Assembly (NCBI RefSeq): GCF_001194135.2
Contig: NC_068991.1
Span: forward strand, 78,721,726-78,775,606
DNA from: Octopus bimaculoides
Lineage: Eukaryota
Length of the DNA: 53,881 nt
Direction of reading: 5' to 3'
A program made the translations under genes and the position numbers. Within the stretch, counting starts at the first letter, position 1. Each line of letters begins with the position of its first letter. Positions 49,381 through 53,881 of the stretch are shown here, in pieces. The notes beneath the pieces were generated by a model. That model was not told where the DNA came from. It saw only the letters and a list, made by a program, of their open reading frames with translations, and made no database searches.

Positions 49381-50242
49381 CGATTATTAAAAGGGTTGGA
49401 TTGGCAAAACTCCTCAGAGTGTCGAAGATTATTCCTTGCCACGTTCATTCGTGCTCTTTACATGCTGAGCTTAAATTCTTCGAAAGGTCAGCTTTACATT
49501 CCATTTTCCTGGTGTCGATAAAATATAGTACTAACCAAATGAGAGGACTATTCTTAATTCGTGTGTCTGGGTTGCAACGGAGTGAACTCTTTTAGAATCA
49601 CTCAGTGACCATGCGCTGGTACTAAACTGGATGACGCATCAGTGCCCGTCGCCCTAGAAGTCAGAAGAGAAAAATATGGAACCGATATTACAAAGCATCA
49701 CAACTTGTCTTCGAAAAGTCGCCAAGGATTTAAGCAAGACAGAAAAAAAATATAACTAACTTCGCCAGGATTTTAACTCAGTGGGCCGCAACTAATACGC
49801 AGTAACGATTCTACCCAACTCGCTTTGTTAGATTTGAAATGAACTGGGTCAGCAGTTAGACGCTGGTTATTCTATAGATCTTAAAGGAATGGCAAGTAAG
49901 GTCGATCCCAGTGGAAGTAAACTCATAATTAGATCGATAGAACTAAAAATATTGTTCGGTAATATATCACACATTCTTCCCTGTTTACTGATGCATCGAT
50001 TTTTGTTATCAGGAGTCACTAAATATATGGATTTGTAACTTTGCTTCAAGGCCACAAACGAGAATAAGCGAGAGAATCTCCATTGCTATGTTACTGCTAT
50101 TCCATTGCCTTGGTTTCATATTCTTGATAATGTTGTACAGACATAGTCATGAGATACGAACTATATATGTGACATACACTGAATTGGACGAATACATACA
50201 TACAAATATATTCCTTTATACATACATGCATGCATACATACA

Positions 50243-50576
50243 TATGATGGCCGTCCACTCGTGACTGAGGAAGACCATTCCTAACCTTCAGGAACATTGT
50301 GCGCTCTAGGACTAACTTATATTTTGCATTTGCGGCTCCGTTGGTGGTTAATGAGCCCTGCTTTTGACAAGCATACACGACTGCAAACATTGCAGACCAA
50401 GCTTTCCCCATTCACTACACCAGTAGTGCGCTTTCGAGCAGCACGCTTAAGTTCTTCATGCTGGATATGTGCTCTCTCAAAAGTGTCGATCCCCTCCTTA
50501 ACCTGCTTCCTCCATCTGTGGCGATGACAGGCATTGTTCTGCCAGTCAATCGCCTGCATATCACAGGCTTTTAATA
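50243..50576 (-). mobile_element. RTE/BovB-like LINE 3' end with one C2H2 finger
   Basis: WQNNACHRHRWRKQVKEG..FE..KRAARK..CNVCSRVCLSKAGLINHQRS*; (TATG)n on both sides. Confidence 0.75.
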
Positions 50577-50636
50577 CATACATACATACATACATACATA
50601 CATACATACATACATACATACATACATACATACATA

Positions 50637-51555
50637 CGAGATCGTATCAAAAGGTTTCCGGACTAGTTATGTATATTAAAAATAACTTATTTACCCTAGT
50701 ATAAACATCATCGCCTTCGAAATAGTCACCTTGCGCAGCAAGTATACCGGTCCCGACATTCCTGTCACTTTTGGAATCCGGCCTGGAAGTCGTTTTCCGT
50801 AAGCGAGTGGAGGACTTTCCGTGATTCACTCTGATATCTCGACGACAGAGTTAAAACGGCGACTTTTGAGCTGTATTTTCATCTCGGGGAAGAGATAGAA
50901 GTCTGTAGGTGCTACAGAGAACGGATGCGGAAGCGACACCATGTTGTCTTGGGCAAGAAACACACGAGTGAGGAGAACTCAGTGACAGGGTGTACTGTCG
51001 TCGTGAAGAATCCGATTCTTCACACCCCATAAATCGGGTCGTTTTTGATGAATGTCCTCCTCCAAATGCTGCAACATGTTGTCATAAAACTCTCGATTGA
51101 CAGTCTGGCCTTGGAGAACGAATTCCCGTTGCATAACATCCTATTTCTGGGGGTGACGCTCATGGCAGGTCTCCCGGATCGCTCATCGTCTTCCTGGGAC
51201 GTTCTTCCACTTTTGAAGCACCTTTCCACTCGAAACATTGCGTACGACCCATTGCCTCGTCGCCGTAAGCTTGCCAAAGCATGCCTAAAGTTTCTGTAGC
51301 AGACTTCGCAAGTTTAACGCAAAATTTCACGCTGGCTCTTTTGTTCCAGCTTCCAGTCCATAACAAAATCGCAGACTGAAGCATACACGTAACCACAAAA
51401 ACACAAAGTTCACAACTTGTGAACAGAGTGATGTCACTCAACACACTATTGCTCATGAAGGTCACTACTGCTAGCTCTCACTGCGCACGCAACCGTGTGC
51501 TGCCATCTGCTGGCGTGCTACAGAACTAGTCCAGAAACCTTTTGATACCACCTCG
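50637..51555 (-). mobile_element. Mariner transposon, internally deleted (919 bp)
   Basis: ~31-bp TIRs (cgagatcgtatcaaaaggtttccggactagt / actagtccagaaaccttttgataccacctcg) with TA flanks; HTH peptides KRASVKFCVKLAKSATETLGML..AYG and FKSGRTSQEDDERSGRP. Confidence 0.9.
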
Positions 51556-51766
51556 TACATACATACATACATACATGCATACACATAATGAGTAAGTGGA
51601 CAAACGAGAGAAAGTGAAACTGAACACATTTGGTTGGAGTTGCATGTATGTTTTAATAACAGTTTGATTCCACTCCATGCAACTTATAGTTTCGTTGCTC
51701 AAGCCTTAAGAGTTAGATACGGTTTACGAGCCCACGAAACTTTAAGGAGCACGGAACTGCATCAAA

Positions 51767-51803
<37 letters not shown>

Positions 51804-52414
51804 GTGATAATAAACAATTTTGCCAAAAGGAGATGACTAACTCTTATAGGATTTGAACTCATAACTTCAAAGCATTTAGCTGTCCAGTATTCTAGCCTAA
51901 AGTATTACTTCACGATCTTTGCATTATATTCATAATTAACTGTTAATTTGCTTTTATTTTCTTAGTTAATCATCAAGGGATAGGAATAGACGAGTGAAGT
52001 TTTCCAGCCAAAGCAAACCTAATCGTACGTCTTTTCTATTTTGGTTAGATATATATGCAAATACAGAAGCTATTTTCAGATATAATAAGCAACAAATGAT
52101 TGACACGTATGTCTTGCAATCTTCTCTGGTATAATCAATCCACAAACGCCACCCAAAAGATTTTAAACTGTAATTTTCATTAAAACAGAACGACTCACAA
52201 CGTGATATAACTGACATGTATTTTTTTTCCTTCGAAGAGAGGCGCGTGGAAGTTTTTTGATAGAGACAATATCAACATGTCTGTTACTCTCTTCTTTAAA
52301 AGAGAAGGATTATTATAACAGGTCTTTTTGTCGTCAATTACTTCTGAGGCAATCATAATTAACCATACATACATGTAGATATGCAAACACACACCACACA
52401 TATACGTACCTTTT

Positions 52415-52760
52415 CCATACGTCATCAGTGATTTTTCCTGGTGTCATTAAGTGTTTCGGCTCTTTCAAAATCAGACATCCTCACCCAGGTAACCCACCCG
52501 GGGTTGATCAAGCCCGATCTTGCGTTCATTTAGCACTACCCCTGGACGCACTGCTCTTTGCAGGAATTGAACATCCTGATTCACATCCATCTTGGAACAA
52601 CTTGTGCTGCATCCACAGCCAACCTGATGGCCTTCTGCCTACTGGACCCAGTAAGATCTACAAATCCTTTGTAAACCCTTTGTAGTACACCCCAATGGAA
52701 TCCCACGCACCTCCCTCAGCATACTTCTGCCTCTCTCTCCCAATGATGCGACGTATCTTA
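52415..52760 (-). mobile_element. Hero-like (R2 group) RLE LINE 3' end
   Basis: Reverse-strand DLTGSSRQKAIRLAVDAAQVVPRWM*IR resembles the Hero C-terminus; 3' UTR tgatcaaccccggg..acctggg..gtctga..gaaac..atcactgatga resembles the Hero UTR (from recall). Confidence 0.6.
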
Positions 52761-53318
52761 AGCGCAACTAACTAGGATTCGAACTGGGCTCATTTATTGC
52801 AAATAAAACGTGTCCCATAATTATTAGACACCCAATACATACATTCACGCATACATATATACGCACGTACATACATACATACATACATACATACATTCAC
52901 ACACTCACATACATACANNNNNNNNNNNNNNNNNNNNNNNNNNNNNNNNNNNNNNNNNNNNNNNNNNNNNNNNNNNNNNNNNNNNNNNNNNNNNNNNNNN
53001 NNNNNNNNNNNNNNNNNATCTATCTATCTATCTATCTTCTCTATCTATCTATCTATCTATCTATCTACCTACCTATCTATCTATCCGTTCTTCCGTCCAT
53101 CCATCCATCTATCCATCCAACCATCCAACCATCGATGTGTGTGTGCGTGTGTGCGTGTGTGCGTGTGTGCGTGTGCGTGCATGCACACATACATACACAA
53201 AAGTATTATGTGGTGGAAATACAGTTAGTCATATGGAATACTTGAATACATATTTCAGACTTTAGAATTATACTTACATATATACGTATGCGTGTGCGGA
53301 TGTGTGCGGATGTGTGCG

Positions 53319-53353
<35 letters not shown>

Positions 53354-53532
53354 GTGCACGTGCGGAGGTGTGTATACGTATGTGTGTATACGTATGAATG
53401 AGTGCACGCGCGTGTGTCTGCGTGAATGGGGTTGTGTGTGCCTAAATAGTGTTCCTTTTTTGTGTGAACCCAGATTTTACTGAATTACAAACTCTCACTC
53501 TCAGGTTATGACTCTCTCACACTGGCCCTCCG

Positions 53533-53571
<39 letters not shown>

Positions 53572-53600
53572 TTTTCTCTCTATTTCTCTCTCTTTCTCTT

Positions 53601-53651
<51 letters not shown>

Positions 53652-53823
53652 AAGCAAACATTCTTGTTTTGGTTTACTTGTAAACTCGTGTCCAGGTAAC
53701 GTATCTCTAGGAGTAAAGCTCAGACTAAGTGCTACATGTGTGGGTGTGTTTGTGTGTGCAAGAGACAGCAAAGGAGGGAGATAGGAAATAAGAGTAGCAG
53801 GAGAACCAATAAATGAGAGTGAA

Positions 53824-53881
<58 letters not shown>

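Overview
Eukaryotic, AT-rich, gapped draft scaffold that is dense in microsatellites and transposons. The repeat families look like those of octopus/coleoid cephalopods (pattern recognition, not a database result). One host gene is solidly supported: CDC123 (eIF2 assembly factor, ATP-grasp fold) on the minus strand. I reconstructed it as 12 coding exons from ATG 26656 to TGA 12647 (1050 nt, 349 aa), with all introns GT-AG and phase-consistent, including 33-nt and 29-nt micro-exons. Most of the rest is mobile DNA: a DD37D (maT) Tc1/mariner, an internally deleted mariner, a hAT MITE with an 8-bp TSD, a Ty3/gypsy pol+LTR fragment, stacks of R4/Dong-like LINEs sitting in (TAA)n tracts, a Hero-like LINE 3' end, RTE-like LINE 3' ends with C2H2 fingers, a DINE-1/Helentron-like element and several SINE families. 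Most notable oddities: (1) a 579-bp foldback element with perfect 37-bp TIRs, a 72-bp inner inverted repeat and an inverted (CCCTAA)n/(TTAGGG)n telomeric core (48036-48614); (2) a ~150-bp near-identical inverted duplication bracketing the CDC123 terminal exon (9019-9168 vs 13029-13181); (3) TAA-targeted LINE pile-ups, including a bipartite 5'+3' non-autonomous derivative; (4) hammerhead-ribozyme-like relics. No prokaryote-type systems (CRISPR, operons) and no clearly new multi-gene system are supported.
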